In this document: piece after piece, positions 25,088 through 37,760 of the stretch | Layout: every line of letters begins with the position of its first letter | Position numbering within the stretch: the stretch's first letter is position 1 | Assembly: GCA_951406725.2 (NCBI GenBank) | Contig: OX597831.1 | Coordinates: 32,364,001-32,428,000, forward strand | Direction: 5' to 3' | Origin: Octopus vulgaris | Lineage: Eukaryota | DNA: 64,000 nt | The notes under the pieces: model-generated | The model's input: the letters and a program-made list of their open reading frames with translations, nothing else | The model's database searches: none | Told to the model about the DNA's origin: nothing | Program-made: the position numbers and the translations under genes

Positions 25088-25498
25088 TATAATATCATAG
25101 ATACTGTGAGCTGTGCAGTATGTAGTGATATCATAGGTGAATGGTGGTGCTCCAGCATGGTCTGGCCCAAAAAACCCCCAAAGAACTACAACATCTGCAT
25201 TACATGTATAATCCATATTCAAGATAATTTCCAAAGATAACATTCACGTTTGAAGTCATTTAGTAACCTTGAGGTTATGTTGATAGTTGATAATGTACAT
25301 AAAAGGACCACAACATTGGCAGAAATATATGTTTATTGCATAATGTTGATAAAATGTTGTAGTCTTTGTGAAGATGCGTGGCTGAGTGGTTAAGGTATTG
25401 GCTTAATGGTTATAATGTCATGGGTTCAATTCCTAGGCTGGAATTCTAGTCAACAACTCGGTGTTTCTTGGCTAAAAGAAAGAATACCATATTTAATA

Positions 25499-25890
25499 CT
25501 CTCTTTTACTTGTTTCAGTCATTTGACTGCGGCCATGCTGGAGCACCGCCTTTAGTCGAGCAACTCGACCCCGGGACTTATTCTTTTTTGTAAGCCCAGT
25601 ACTTATTCTATCGGTCTCTTTTTGCTGAACCGCTAAGTGATGGGGACGTAAACACAACAGCATCGGTTGTCAAGCAATGCTAGGGGAACAAACACAGACA
25701 CACAAACACACACACATATATATACATATATATGACAGGCTTCTTTTAGTTTCCGTCTACCAAATCCACTCACAAGGCATTGGTCGGCCCGGGGCTATAG
25801 CAGAAGACACTTGCCCAAGATGCCACGCAGTGGGACTGAACCCGGAACCATGTGGTTGGTTAGCAAGCTACTTACCACACAGCCACTCCT
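25499..25890 (-). mobile_element. SINE family B, near-complete and young
   Basis: Minus-strand head aggagtggctgtgtggtaag...gggttcagtccc (A/B-box-like); CpG-rich; tail gactgaaacaagtaaaagag. Confidence 0.92.
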
Positions 25891-26062
25891 ATAAAAATTG
25901 CTTGGGTGTTTCATGAATATGTGCTTTTGAAACTGGAATGTACAAGTGGTAAGAAACTCTTGGCTCAATTTGGAAGCTGGGTCAATGGAGAGGAGGTATG
26001 TCGAAATAGAATCGCCAAATGCACAAGTCTCCAATATCCAAGAGGCTAAAAACAGAAATATG

Positions 26063-26245
26063 ATTTCTTTACTGCCCACAAGGGGCTACACACAGAGGGG
26101 ACAAACAAGGACAGACAAACGGATTAAGTCGATTATATCGACCTCAGTGCGTAACTGGTACTTATTTAATCGACTCTGAAAGGACGAAAGGCAAAGTGAA
26201 CCTCAGTGGAATTTGAACTCAGAACGTAACGGCAGACGAAATACG
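26063..26245 (-). mobile_element. SINE family A (long-tail variant), 5' truncated
   Basis: tttctttactgcccacaaggggctacacacagaggggacaaac tail plus the A core. Confidence 0.85.
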
Positions 26246-26480
26246 TCAGTGGAGGAGCACCCAGGAGTCATGACCTGGATGCAGCCTGGCCTCCTCAAAG
26301 TGTAAGAAGGGCCAAAGCACTTGTCTGAGGGGTTTCTTTTCTGAAGACCTTCTGCTGTTCAGCTCTTTTCAAAGTTTTTTAACAATGCTGCTCACCAGTT
26401 TCAGCAGCACATATTCTGGAGGTGAGCATCACAGACAAAATTAGAGGATGGGGGACCCAACTATGTACTCATATATATAT

Positions 26481-26688
26481 TCTTTTCTACTCTAGGCACA
26501 AGGCCCAAAATTTTTGGGGGAGGGGGCCAGTTGATTAGATCAACCCCAGTGTGTAACTGGTACTTAATTTATCAGCCCTGAAAGGATGACAGGCAAAATC
26601 GACCTTGGCAGAATTTGAACTCAGAACATAAAGACAGACAAAATACCACTAAGCATTCGTACTACCATTTCTACCAGCTCGCCACCTT
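26481..26688 (-). mobile_element. SINE family A (short-tail variant)
   Basis: tcttttctactctaggcacaaggccc tail, core and head. Confidence 0.88.
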
Positions 26689-27769
26689 ATATATATTTAG
26701 GCTTCTTTTCAGTTTCCATCTACCAAATCCACACGCAGGGCTTTGGTTAGCCTGAGGCTATAGTAGAAGATAATTACCCAAGGTGCCATGCAATGGGACT
26801 GAACCCAGAACCATGTGGTTGGGAAGTGCTATTTCATCAAGCTTTGAAATTGTTAGCATGGCAGAGTTTTAGAATAATGAGTAGCAGAGTTTTTTGTTGA
26901 TCAGGAGAAGCAGGGTTTCAGAACAAAACATGAGCTTTGTAGTTTTAGAAAAACTCATAATTAAACTGATTACCTAGATAGACATAGCCATTTTAGGTAC
27001 AGAAAAAAAGTAGTTACCAAGATTATATATATATATAGAAAGACTGTTAGCTAATATATCATACTTAATGTATATAAACTGTTGACAGGCAAGATGCTGT
27101 GGTTTTCATCTGAGATAAAATCTATTCTGAATGTGCTGTTTCAGAAACACACTGTGTGTGTGTGTGTGTGAATATATAAATGTGTACATATGTCAGTATA
27201 TGCAAAACAGAGTGTGCCTGTGTGTGTGTGAGTGAGACAGACAGACAGACAGACAATGCTTGTGAATGAGAGTGTGTATGTACCAATACATGTGTGAGGG
27301 TGCATATATGAATGTATCTGTATGTGTGTGTGTGTGTGTGTGATTTCTCACCAAAGCACAAAACATCAGATTTGTAACAGTGAGAAAGTGAGAAGCTGTT
27401 ACATTCATCCGTTCCTTCCTGACCCACCCCCACCCAAGAACATCACTAACCCAATTAAATCTAGTTTAGTTCTTTATTTCACAGAGTACTTACCACCCTC
27501 ACCACTTGCCCACCCCACTGCTTCACACAAAAAAAAAAACAATGGTGCTTCTCTACCTGTATGCTCAATTTGCTAGAAATAACAGTCAAATCCCTCTCAA
27601 ATTACACCAGTGACATTTTTCCAATTTTCCCCAAAGAAGAACCCTATGAACAATGAAAATCTAGATATACAAAATACCTTGTGGTATTTTCCTCCACTCC
27701 CAGCACCCAGTTTAAATCCCACTGAGGTCAAATTAGCTTTTCATCCTTAATAATAATGATAATCCTTAA

Positions 27770-28485
27770 TGATAAGCCTGAAATTTGGGGAAAGTGGGGA
27801 GCTAGTTGATTACATCTACCCCAGTGTGAAACTGGTACTTATTTCATTGACCCTGAAAGGATGAAAAGCAAAGTCATTCTCGGTGGAATTTGAACTCAGA
27901 ACCTAGTGACAGGCAAAATACTGCTAAGCATTTCATCCAACGTGCTAATGATTCTGCCAGCTCACCAGACTTTAATAATGATGATGAAGATGATGATGAT
28001 GATGATAATAATAATAATTTCAAATTTTTGCCACAAGGGCAGCTTGGGGAAGGTGGGGATTAGTTGATTACATTGACCCCAGTATTCAACTGGTACTTAT
28101 TTTATCGACCCTGAAAGGATGAAAGGCAACATCAACCTTGGTGGAATTTGAACTCAGAATGTAGCGACAGGCAAAATACCGCTTAGCATTCTGCCCAGCG
28201 TGCTAATGATTCTGCCAGCTCGCCGCCTTGAGGAGGATGGGGGGGGGAGGCTTTCTACTAGAGACACAAGGCCTAAAATTCTGGGGTAGGGTGTCAGTTA
28301 ATTGCATTGACTAACCTCCTACCCCAGAATTTTAGTGCTTAGCTGGTACTTTATTTTACTGACCCCCAAAAGGATGAATGGTAAAAATCAACATCGGCAG
28401 AATTAGAACTCAGAATGTAAAGAGATGGAAAGCTGCCACTAAGCATTTTGTCAGGTGTGCTACCAGTTCTGCCAGCTCACCTGCA
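27770..28485 (-). mobile_element. Three head-to-tail SINE family A copies (about 27770-27970, 28017-28229, 28250-28485)
   Basis: Core aaaggatgaa...gaactcagaa occurs three times in the same orientation. Confidence 0.85.
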
Positions 28486-28606
28486 CTTTAAGATTATGAT
28501 GATGATCTTATCTGCAGGGCTCAGTTACACTACAAATCCATGAGAAAGAGTAGCCAAAAGCGTATGAGAAGGACATGGAATAATGCACAGGAAGTTTAGT
28601 TTATTC

Positions 28607-28885
28607 CAGTAGTTCCCAAACATCTTCAGGCTGCTGCCCCTTTGGCGCCTAGGCCCCATTTCTAGTACCCCCTTCACTCTTGCCACCACAAATCCAGACC
28701 ACCTTTCTGCAGCAAATTCAAAACAACTGTATTTCACAAATAAACCAATTAACCTATTAATATTGTTTTTTACATCTATCACCCCATTTTGGTCACCCCT
28801 TAATCATCCGACTTTTCTTCAATGCTTCCGTTGGATCTTTCCACCACCCCCAAGGTGGCAGTACTGCCCACTTTGGGAACCACAG
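28607..28885. mobile_element. hAT (Charlie-like) MITE
   Basis: TIR CAGTAGTTCCCAAA / TTTGGGAACCACAG; degenerate 8-bp flanks gtttattc / acatattc. Confidence 0.65.
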
Positions 28886-29207
28886 ACATATTCCATGCTT
28901 CAGTAATTCTGAGCATGAAAACAATGTTTCCAAAGCCATGGGTGCTGTATTGTTTTTCTTTTTTATTCTGTAAGCATGTCCTCAAGTGTTAGACGTATGG
29001 CATTTAAAAAGTGCCCAAGGGGGTGGATAATCTTATGGATGTCAACCAAGTCAGTTGCCAGACATCATCAGAAAAGGTATAAGAAAGGGACAGTGAGTGG
29101 ACGTGTAAGTCCAATAGAGAAAGGCAGCAATGAAAACCAAAAGTACATTTAAAGCATGCAGAATAAAACACAAAAAGACAGGAAAAGAGTCAAAGAGGTA
29201 AAAATGT

Positions 29208-29540
29208 GAAGGCACATGGCTCAGTTCGCAATTGTTAGGTCGTGAGTTCAATTCCTGGCAGCACATCATGTCCTTGAGCAAGACACTTTATTTCACTCAG
29301 CTGGCAAAAATGAGTTGTACCAGTAATTCAAAGGGGCCTGTTTCATCACATTCTGCCACACTGAATCTCTTTGAGAACTACACTAAGGGTTACAGGAGTC
29401 TGTGGAGTGCTCAGCCACTTGCATGTTACTTCATGAGCAGGCTGTTCCATTGATCAGGAGTCTGTGGAGTGCTCAGCCACTTGCATGTTACTTTCATGAG
29501 CAGGCTGTTCCATTGATCAGATCCACTGAAACACTTCTTG
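29208..29540 (+). mobile_element. SINE family E with internal ~63-bp tandem duplication
   Basis: Head gaaggcacatggctcag...gagttcaattcc; caggagtctgtggagtgctcagccacttgcatg...ccattgat present twice (29393-29517). Confidence 0.8.
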
Positions 29541-29981
29541 TTGTGACCAATGGAGTACCAGTTAAAGTGGTTAAAGAATGAGTGGTTAAAGATGGAAAGG
29601 TTATAGATGGAATATGTGTTTGTCTGCTTGATTGAGGTTCATCTAAGTGTAAACAACAACAATACACACACACACACACGGATGTTTCTCCACTGGTTTC
29701 GACAATGATGATTCAGTTGTTTGATCAAACTGAGTTATCTTCTCCTGAATTAACACGTAAGTGGCTGAGTATTCTGCAGACGTGACTGCTCTTTAAATGA
29801 ATTCTCAGGTAGAATCAACACGACAAGGTTGGACCTAGGGAATTGCAGGTACTTCATCGCTATTTCTATCTCTTCCCTGCCCCACACCAATCTCCACCCC
29901 CACCCCTCTTCTAAAATGTGAATATTCATGTGCCCCTCTGCAGCAAGAAACCCCTTCTGTCCTGGCCCTTTTTCTCATACT

Positions 29982-30208
29982 TTGACCCTTCAGCATTCAG
30001 ATGACCCTGTCAAACGCAATGCTTATTTCTCCACATTGTTTTCAATTAATCCTGCATTATCTTGTAGCTTTGAGATTTCAATGATGTGACTGTTTATTTT
30101 TAGAATGACATTGTAGGTTAAGTGCAAGAGACCAGATCTGGCCAGTTTGAACATAAACCAGGGAGAATATTTAAGCTAGATATGACTGGTTTGAATGGTA
30201 AAGGTTTA
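29982..30208 (-). mobile_element. piggyBac-like MITE family 2
   Basis: Reverse complement of the 21711 and 56303 copies. Confidence 0.75.
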
Positions 30209-30464
30209 GCCACACATCTTCAAGCAGAAAGTCCCCTCTCTCAGTGTTTGTAGTGTTGCAAGCTGCATGGAAACCTCACTGGTATAATCTGTAAAGTGGT
30301 TGGCATTCGGAAGGGTATCCAACCATATAAATCATGCCACAGCAGGCAAATGAAGGATGAGGCAACCATCATACCAGTCACACCCTGGCAAACCATTCAA
30401 CTCATGTGAGCATGGAGCAAGGACAAAGACGCCACCTACCAAGCCTACTCTGCACCATATTTTC

Positions 30465-30692
30465 TTTCGCCCTAGCAGTCTAATTTTGCCCTAACAGTCT
30501 AATTTCGCCCTAACGGTCTAATTTCGCCCTAGCAGTCTAATTTCGCCATAATAGTCTAATTTCACCATAATAGTCTAATTTCACCATAACAGTCTAATTT
30601 CGCCATAACAGTCTAATTTCGCCATAACAATCTAATTTTGCCATAACAGTCTAATTTCACACTAGCAGTCTAATTTCGCCTTACCAGTCTAA
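30465..30692. repeat. 19-bp minisatellite (TTTCGCC[C/A]TAACAGTCTAA) x12
   Basis: Twelve contiguous units, no spacers. Confidence 0.95.
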
Positions 30693-31657
30693 TTTTAAGG
30701 TCTAACTTATGCATTTTAACACCACTTAATTCATAGCATCGGTATCACCAGTTACTTGTGCAGTACAGAATAAACAAATGGTAGGAAAAGTGTTAAATGA
30801 TGATGATATACAATCTATCTGTTGGGCTTCCACATAGTTTCCATTTACCCAATTTGTTTTCAAGGTATGGGTTGCCTCAAGGTTATAAAAAAAATGATAT
30901 TTCCCAAACTACCATGTGCTTCAATTGAACCAAGGACCTCATAGGTGTGATGCAAATTTCTTAACCATCAGCCCCGTATAAGCATATACTTATATAAATG
31001 GTGGGAAATCTAAATTTGATGAAGACATCAGAAAATAGAAAATGAAGTGACATGTCTTAAGATCTATTCTGATCTTAACAGAGCATTGTCAGCGCCATTG
31101 AAAAGACAGATTCCAGACAAGTTCTCCAAGATTTCTCCAAGATTCTGTCATGGACAGAAGTTCTTCGAGAAACATGGTAAAAATAAAACACATATACATG
31201 CACAATATATACATATATACACATACATACATATACATATTCACACAAAGTCATTCCTTAAGTGGGGCTTTTTGTATATGAAGTTATTTTTTATTTTGCT
31301 ATTTTTTTTTCTGCTGCCTCAGTTTTTATAATTTTATTTTTAACTCTCATCATTTCTAACACCACCACCACCAACAACAACAACAAAAACAACATCATAA
31401 CCAACAATAACAACACTTACAAGAAGAAAAATGCTGACAAAATCTTAACAACACAAACAGCAGTCTCATGAGAGAATGCAGTCACTACACATGCTAGAAA
31501 GAGCAGTCAGATATTCCACACCCTACAAGCTTAGGTAAGGAAAGATTGCATCAGTTAATACATTTAAAAACGGGATAGTCATGATCGGATTGTCTTTGAT
31601 CATCCATCAGTTTCATTGATGTTGACCTGGGGTTAAACAACAACATGACCAATATTA

Positions 31658-31870
31658 GTTTCAAATTTTAGCACAAGAACAGCAAGTTTAGGTAAAGGAG
31701 TAAGTTGATTATATAAAACCCAGTACACAACTGGTACTTATTTTATCGACCCTGAAAGAATGAAAACCAAAATCGACCTTGGTGGAATTTGAACTCAGAA
31801 TGTTAAGATGGACAAAATTCCGCAAAGCATTTTACCCTGTATTGCCAAGAATTCTGCCACCTTGCTGCCC
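31658..31870 (-). mobile_element. SINE family A
   Basis: Core and gaatttgaactcagaa box. Confidence 0.8.
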
Positions 31871-32022
31871 CTTTTAATGAATTTTAGTGGGGGCGGGGGG
31901 CTTTAATGCAGAAATGAACCCTGTCCCAGGATGTTCAATGCTGATATCTCCCCATGTCTTTACCCACAAGACTATGGAGACACTCAGACCACCAATATTA
32001 AAACTAACACCCTTAATACTTC

Positions 32023-32244
32023 TACAAGGGGCTGCTAAAAAGTCCCTGGTTTTAGGTAAAAGAAAATAGAGGAGGATCAGTAAATTATGGTTTAATGCAA
32101 CATATTCCCCCTCTCAGATTCACATACTTATTGCAGTGGTCCTTCAGTTTTTCTAAATCCTGCAAAAGAACTGGGAAGGTTTTGCCTCCAATTAGGCCTT
32201 TGGTGGTACCCTTAAAGCCAGGAACTTTCAACCCCACTCTCGTA
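32023..32244 (-). mobile_element. Non-autonomous mariner-derived MITE, copy 2
   Basis: TA-CAAGGGGCTGCTAAAAAGTCCCTGG ... CCAGGAACTTT..CTCG-TA. Confidence 0.75.
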
Positions 32245-32789
32245 CACTGCTACTACTACTACCAACACTAACACAAGTAATAACACCACTATCACCACCA
32301 CAACACATACACCAACACTACTACCATCACTACAACAAGAACACCAACTACAGCACACACCAGCATTACCGTCACCGCTAGGCAATACAAGCATCCACTG
32401 CTACAACCAACAACACACACACACACTGATCAGGACTAGTCCTCATTGAACCCTTTAGCATTCAAACTGACTGTATCCAGCTCCAATATTCTGCCCGTTT
32501 TATGTTCAAACAAGCCAGTTCTGGCATCTCATGCTTACCCTACAATGCCATTCTAAAAATACATAACTACATCATCAAAATCGCAAAGCAATGAAAAAAT
32601 GCAACTCACTCTCTTTTGTTTCCCAAATGGGGTATCCACGTAGTTTTCTACAACAAGACACCTTTACCTGTCTTTTCTCCACCTTGAATCTATCAACTGG
32701 CAGAAAGCCACACCCACCCAATACTACACTGCCCTCTCCCAGGTGAGGGGTTTTGTCCTGCAAGGTACTTGGTGTTGGTGTTGGTGCCA

Positions 32790-33195
32790 CATAAAAAAGC
32801 ACTGGTGCTGTGCCACATAAGCACCCAGCAGACAATCTGGAAAGCAGTTAGCATAAGGAAGGGCATCCAGCTGTAGAAACCATACCAAAACAGATAATGG
32901 AACCTGGTGCAGCTCTCCAGCCTTGCCAGCCACTGTCGAACCGTCCAACCCATGCCAGCATGGAAAGCAGACATTAAATGATGACAATGATGGTGGCGAG
33001 CTGGCAGAAATGTTAACACACCGTGCAAAATGCTTAGCAGTATTTCGTCTGTCTTTACGTTCTGAGTTCAAATTCTGCCAAAGTCAACTTTGCCTTTCGT
33101 CATCGATAAACTAAGTACCAGTTGCGTACTGGGTTGATCTAATCGACTAGCCTACTCCCCAAAAATTTCGGGCCTTGTGCCTAGAGTAGTAAAGG
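32790..33195 (+). mobile_element. Family D 3' end followed directly by a SINE family A copy (32992-33195)
   Basis: The D (GAT)n tail abuts the A head ggtggcgagctggcagaaatgtt. Confidence 0.85.
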
Positions 33196-33319
33196 ATATT
33201 GATGATGATGACGATGATGGCGATGACGATGATGGTGATGACGACGACGATGATGGTGATGACGATGATGATGGTGATGACGATGATGATGACGATGATG
33301 ATGGTATATTTGACAAAGT

Positions 33320-33878
33320 GAAGGCACGTGTTTAGGGCATTCAGCTCAACATCATAAAGTCATGAATTTCAGTCCCAACAGAGCACTGTCTCCTTGAGCA
33401 AGACACTTTACTTCACATTTCTCCAGTCCACTCAGCTGGCAAAACATGATTTGTACCTGTAATTCAAGGTGGCGGGTGTGTCAGCCTTGTCACAGGCTGT
33501 GCCATGCTGAATCTCCCTGAGAACTACATTAAGTGTACATGTGTCTGTGGCGAGCTGGCAGAATCGTTAGCACACCGGGCGAAATGCTTAGCAATATTTC
33601 ATCTGCTGCTACGTTCTGAGTTCAAATTCTGCCGAGGTCGACTTTGCTTTTATCATTTCAGGGTCGATTAAATAAGTACCAGTTACGCACTGGGGTCTAT
33701 GTAATCAATTTAATACCTATGTCTGTCCTTGTTTGTCCACTCTGTTTAGCCCCTAGTGGGTAATAAAGAAATAGGTACATGTCTGTTGAGCACTCAGCCA
33801 CTTGCACATTAATTTCACAAGTAGGCTGTTCCATTGATCAGACTAACTGGAACGCTTGTTTTCATCGATGGAGTGCTG
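33320..33878 (+). mobile_element. SINE family E with nested SINE family A (33548-33773)
   Basis: E body resumes after the A tail; duplicated gtacatgt..ctgt flanks. Confidence 0.8.
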
Positions 33879-33882
33879 GTTC

Positions 33883-34460
33883 ATCATCATCATTGTCGTT
33901 TAATGTCCACTTTCCATACTGGCATGGGTTGGATGGTTTGACTGAGGACTGGTGAGCTAGAAGGCTGCACCAGGCTCCAATCTGATCGGGCAAGGTTTCT
34001 ACAGCTGGAAGCCCTTCCTAATGCCAACCACTCCGAGAGTGTAGTAGGTGCTTTTACGTACCACTGGCACGAGGGCCAGCTCAAAAAGTGTCTTTTACGT
34101 GCTACCTGCACGGGAGCCAGTCTGGCGGCACTGCAACAACCATGCTTGAATGTTGTTTGTCATGTGCCACCGGTACATGTGCCAGTAAGGTGACGCTGGC
34201 AACGATCATGCTTGGATGGTGCTTCTAACGTTCCACTGGCACTCGTGCCAGTCAGGCGGCACTGTCATTGGCCACGTCAGCAATTTTGATTTTGATTTCA
34301 CTTGCCTCTTCACAAGCAAAGTTTATTGTCCAATGAATGAGGGGTACTCATAAGTGGACTAGTTACACCTGCTGACATAGGCCACGGTTATGGTCTTACT
34401 TGGTTTGTCGGGTCTTCTCAAGCACAGCATATTTCCAAATGTCTCGGTCACTAGTCACTG
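33883..34460 (-). mobile_element. SINE-like family D, long copy
   Basis: (CAT)n, D 3' region and tandem subrepeats. Confidence 0.82.
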
Positions 34461-35040
34461 TCTTGGTATTGACAAAGTAATCTGAATGCCAAAGGCTTAG
34501 CACCACCACCACCACAAAATCTCTATAATGACCACCACCAATGAAAACAAACATTACCACCACCACCATCATCACATACACACTGGTCACCACTAACACC
34601 ACCAAAACACATCACCATGAACAACATACAAAACTCTCTATAGCTACCAACATTAATTACCATGACCATCACAACAACAACAGCAGCACATCTACCAACC
34701 TCAACAGGTCACCATCACGACAACAACACTATACACACCTACAAACAGTCACCACCACCGCAACCACCAACATCATCATCATCAACAACAGTACAACCAA
34801 TAACAACTTCAACGCCATTGCCACCACCACCGCCATCATCAATATACACACTGACAAACACACCAGTCACCAACCACCACCACCACCACCACCATGCATA
34901 CACCTATCACCATCACACCTGCCCCCACCACCATCCCATTACCATTTTTCTAACCTTTTACGTCACAATTTCTATCATCTCAAAAGATTTTATTTATTTA
35001 TTTATTTATTTTTTGCTGTTCATTCTTCAAAATTCTTTAG

Positions 35041-35208
35041 ATGTCAATTCAGCACCGTTTCAAGTGATAACCTTTGACAATGGCAAGTTGTCGTCATATC
35101 AAGAACAGAACAAGACTTTAACCATTCTTGCAGACAACAGAAGCAGCAGCAAGAAGAATGAGAGATAAAAATTATCAGCCAATTCTTGAAAAAGAAAAAG
35201 AAAACAAG
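35041..35208 (+). other. Candidate host-gene exon (5' UTR plus possible start, or stop-containing exon)
   Basis: T-rich acceptor ...ttcttcaaaattctttAG, donor AAG|GTAAAT, unique sequence; ATG at 35158 gives MRDKNYQPILEKEKENK up to the donor in phase 0. Confidence 0.4.
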
Positions 35209-35950
35209 GTAAATAAGTCTAAAGTAAAAATAAATAAAAATAAAATTAAACTATATAAATAAATAAAAAGTAAAAGAAACAAATAAAAGATTTTTATGTG
35301 AACTCATGTGCTGAAACATATTTTGTTGCATCTTGGGGTGGGTCACTATGCCAATAAACACATGCACTGGTTCTATTTCACTTCCTTTATTATTATTAGT
35401 CAATTTGCCTTTATGTTCTGAGTTCAAATACTGCCAAGGTCAATTTTGTCTATCATCCATTCAAAGTCAATAAAATAAGTATCAGTTGAGCATAGGGAGT
35501 TGATGTAATTGGCTTAGCCCCTCCCCAAAATTGCTGGCCTTGTGCCAAAATTTGAAACCATAATTATACCTGTGCTTGATTTGATATCAAAATGGAAAAA
35601 AAATATATCAACCATGTTTTTAAAAAAATTGGGGGCTGGATTTGTCATCCCTTAAGCAAGTTTCTTTCCTACAGATTTTAGAAAAGCATATTTTACAGGT
35701 TTAAGAGATTGACCCTGGGAATGAGGTGTGGGATAGTATTACCCCCACCAGGGGCAAAACAAGTGAATTCAGGTCCTATGGGTGGGATAGGGTCATTGCA
35801 GAATGAACCAGAAGGAAATAAATTAGGTCAACCTTCAAATTGATTTGCATAATGAATATGAACATTTCACAAAATCTGGAAACAATTTTACCCCAGCAAG
35901 GCATTTCAGATCATCATCTTTATTATAATTATTATTAGCATAATTATTAA

Positions 35951-36163
35951 GGTAGTGAGCTGGCAGAATTGTTAGCATGCCAGGTGAAATGCTTAGCAGT
36001 ATTTCGTCTGCTGCTACGTGCTGAGTTCAAATTCCGCTGGGGTTGACTTTGCCTTTCATCCTTTTGGGGTCGATTAAATAAGTAGCAATTACACACTGGG
36101 GTCATTGTAATTGACTTAATCCCTTACCTCAAATTTGAGGCCTTGTGCTTCCAGTTGAAAAGA
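35951..36163 (+). mobile_element. SINE family A
   Basis: Full head, core and tail. Confidence 0.88.
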
Positions 36164-36167
36164 TTAT

Positions 36168-36415
36168 TATTACCTCCACCTTACTGAAGGTGGAGGTATT
36201 GTTTCCACTTGTGTTTGTTTGTTTGTCCATGGATAAGATATCTCAAGAACCGCTGGATGGATTCAGATGAAACTTTCGGGGATGTTTAACCTCGTGACTG
36301 GCACGAACTCATTAGATTTTGGGGTCAATCCAGTAATGGACAAGGATTCTGGATAATTTTTCCTGTTTTTTTACTTAATTTTTTAGAGCAGCTGGGTTCA
36401 TTTTTAGTATTCTCA
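36168..36415 (+). mobile_element. Helentron-associated (HINE/DINE-like) element, 5' part
   Basis: TTATTACCTCCACCTT-actg-AAGGTGGAGGT hairpin followed by a (GTTT)n microsatellite, a layout typical of these elements. Confidence 0.5.
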
Positions 36416-37399
36416 TTGTTATTATTATTATTATTATAACTATCTAATGTGCATTTCCCATTCTGGCATGGGTTGGGACGTTCAACAGCAGCAGCTGATG
36501 AACCCAAGGACTGCACTGGACTCTAATGACTGCTTTCACATGGTTTCTTCAATTAAATGCCTTTCTCAGTACAAACCCTAACCACTTTACAGAGTGTACT
36601 GGGTGCTCTTGTTGTTTTTTTTTTTAATGGTACCAGCACCAGTAAGGCCACCAAGTAACTTGCAAGACAAGACCCTTCAACTGAGAAGGGTAACATTTCG
36701 AGGGAGGTAGTTTGATGCAAGGGGACGAGAGGAGTAGTTAAATTTGTGAGAGTGTGAAAAGGGAGTGGCAGATGGATAAAGATGAGGATGGAGGGGAATG
36801 CAGTGGGTGGAGGGTGGGTGTAAGGAAGAGCTTTTGTGTGTGTGTGGCGGGGTATGAAGATAAGTTGCTGGGGGGAGAGATTGGTTAGAGACAGATTGTG
36901 TGCAGGGGTATAGACATAAAACATAATGTGTTTTTAGGGCCTCATTTTTTCTGTGACGGACAGATCTTTTCAAGCACTGTGAACCACCAATCATCTCAGA
37001 ACTTTGAGGCTCAGCATCTTTTAGGTATTAAAGGTAATCCCCTACACTAGGGTATGTCTCTGGCTCATCTGTCCTGAAGTTCCCTTGTTTTTTTTTGGGG
37101 GGGGGGGGGTGAGCCGGTCCACCATCCTTTGTCATCTTATCAAGCCTGTCATGACTTCACCATGTTACTCAGTTTTGCTCACTGAGTGCACTCAGGCAGT
37201 GTGAAATGAAGTGATTTGCTCAAGAACACAACACACACCACCTGGTCCAGGAATCGAAACCACAATGTTAGGACCATGAGTGCAACACCTTAACCACTAA
37301 GCCATGTGCCTCCACATCTTATAAAGATGATTCTACTGTCGATGAAACGGCTTGGCTGTCCAATGGAACCGAGACTATAAAATTCGCATACTTAGCAGG

Positions 37400-37760
37400 A
37401 TCCAATTACCATCCGAGCGTGATCGTTGCCAGAGTGGCTATCTGGCCTCCGTGCCGATGGCACGTAAAAAACACCATTCAAGTGTGATCGTTACCAGCAT
37501 TGCCTTACTCGCACCCGTGCCGGTAGCATGTGTAAAAGATTCGAGCGAGGTCATTGCCAGTGCTGCCCGACTGGCACGTAAAAGCACCCACTACACTCTC
37601 GGAGTGGTAGGCGTTAGGAAGGGCATCCAGCTGTAGAAACTCTGCCAGATCAAGATTGAAGCCTGATGCAGCCATCTGGTTCGCCAGACCTCAGTCACAC
37701 GTCCAACCCATGCTAGCATGGAAAGCAGATGTAAAACGATGATGATGATGATGATGATGA
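37400..37760 (+). mobile_element. SINE-like family D, young
   Basis: Tandem subrepeats, ggcatccagctgtagaaac, long (GAT)n tail. Confidence 0.88.

Larger units (their letters stand above)
23990..25215. repeat. Degenerate satellite-like array (gatatcatagatactgtgag subunits), interrupted by a SINE and a MITE
   Basis: Recurrent atatagtgatatcatagatactgtg motifs; ggtggtgctccagcatgg near 24107, 24350 and 25143. Confidence 0.65.

Noticed and set aside
30465-30692. CRISPR-like regular repeats
   Set aside because: Units are contiguous with no unique spacers; eukaryotic context; no cas genes.
34541-35077. His/Thr/Pro-rich ORFs
   Set aside because: Derived from degenerate (CAC/CAA/CAT)n low-complexity sequence.
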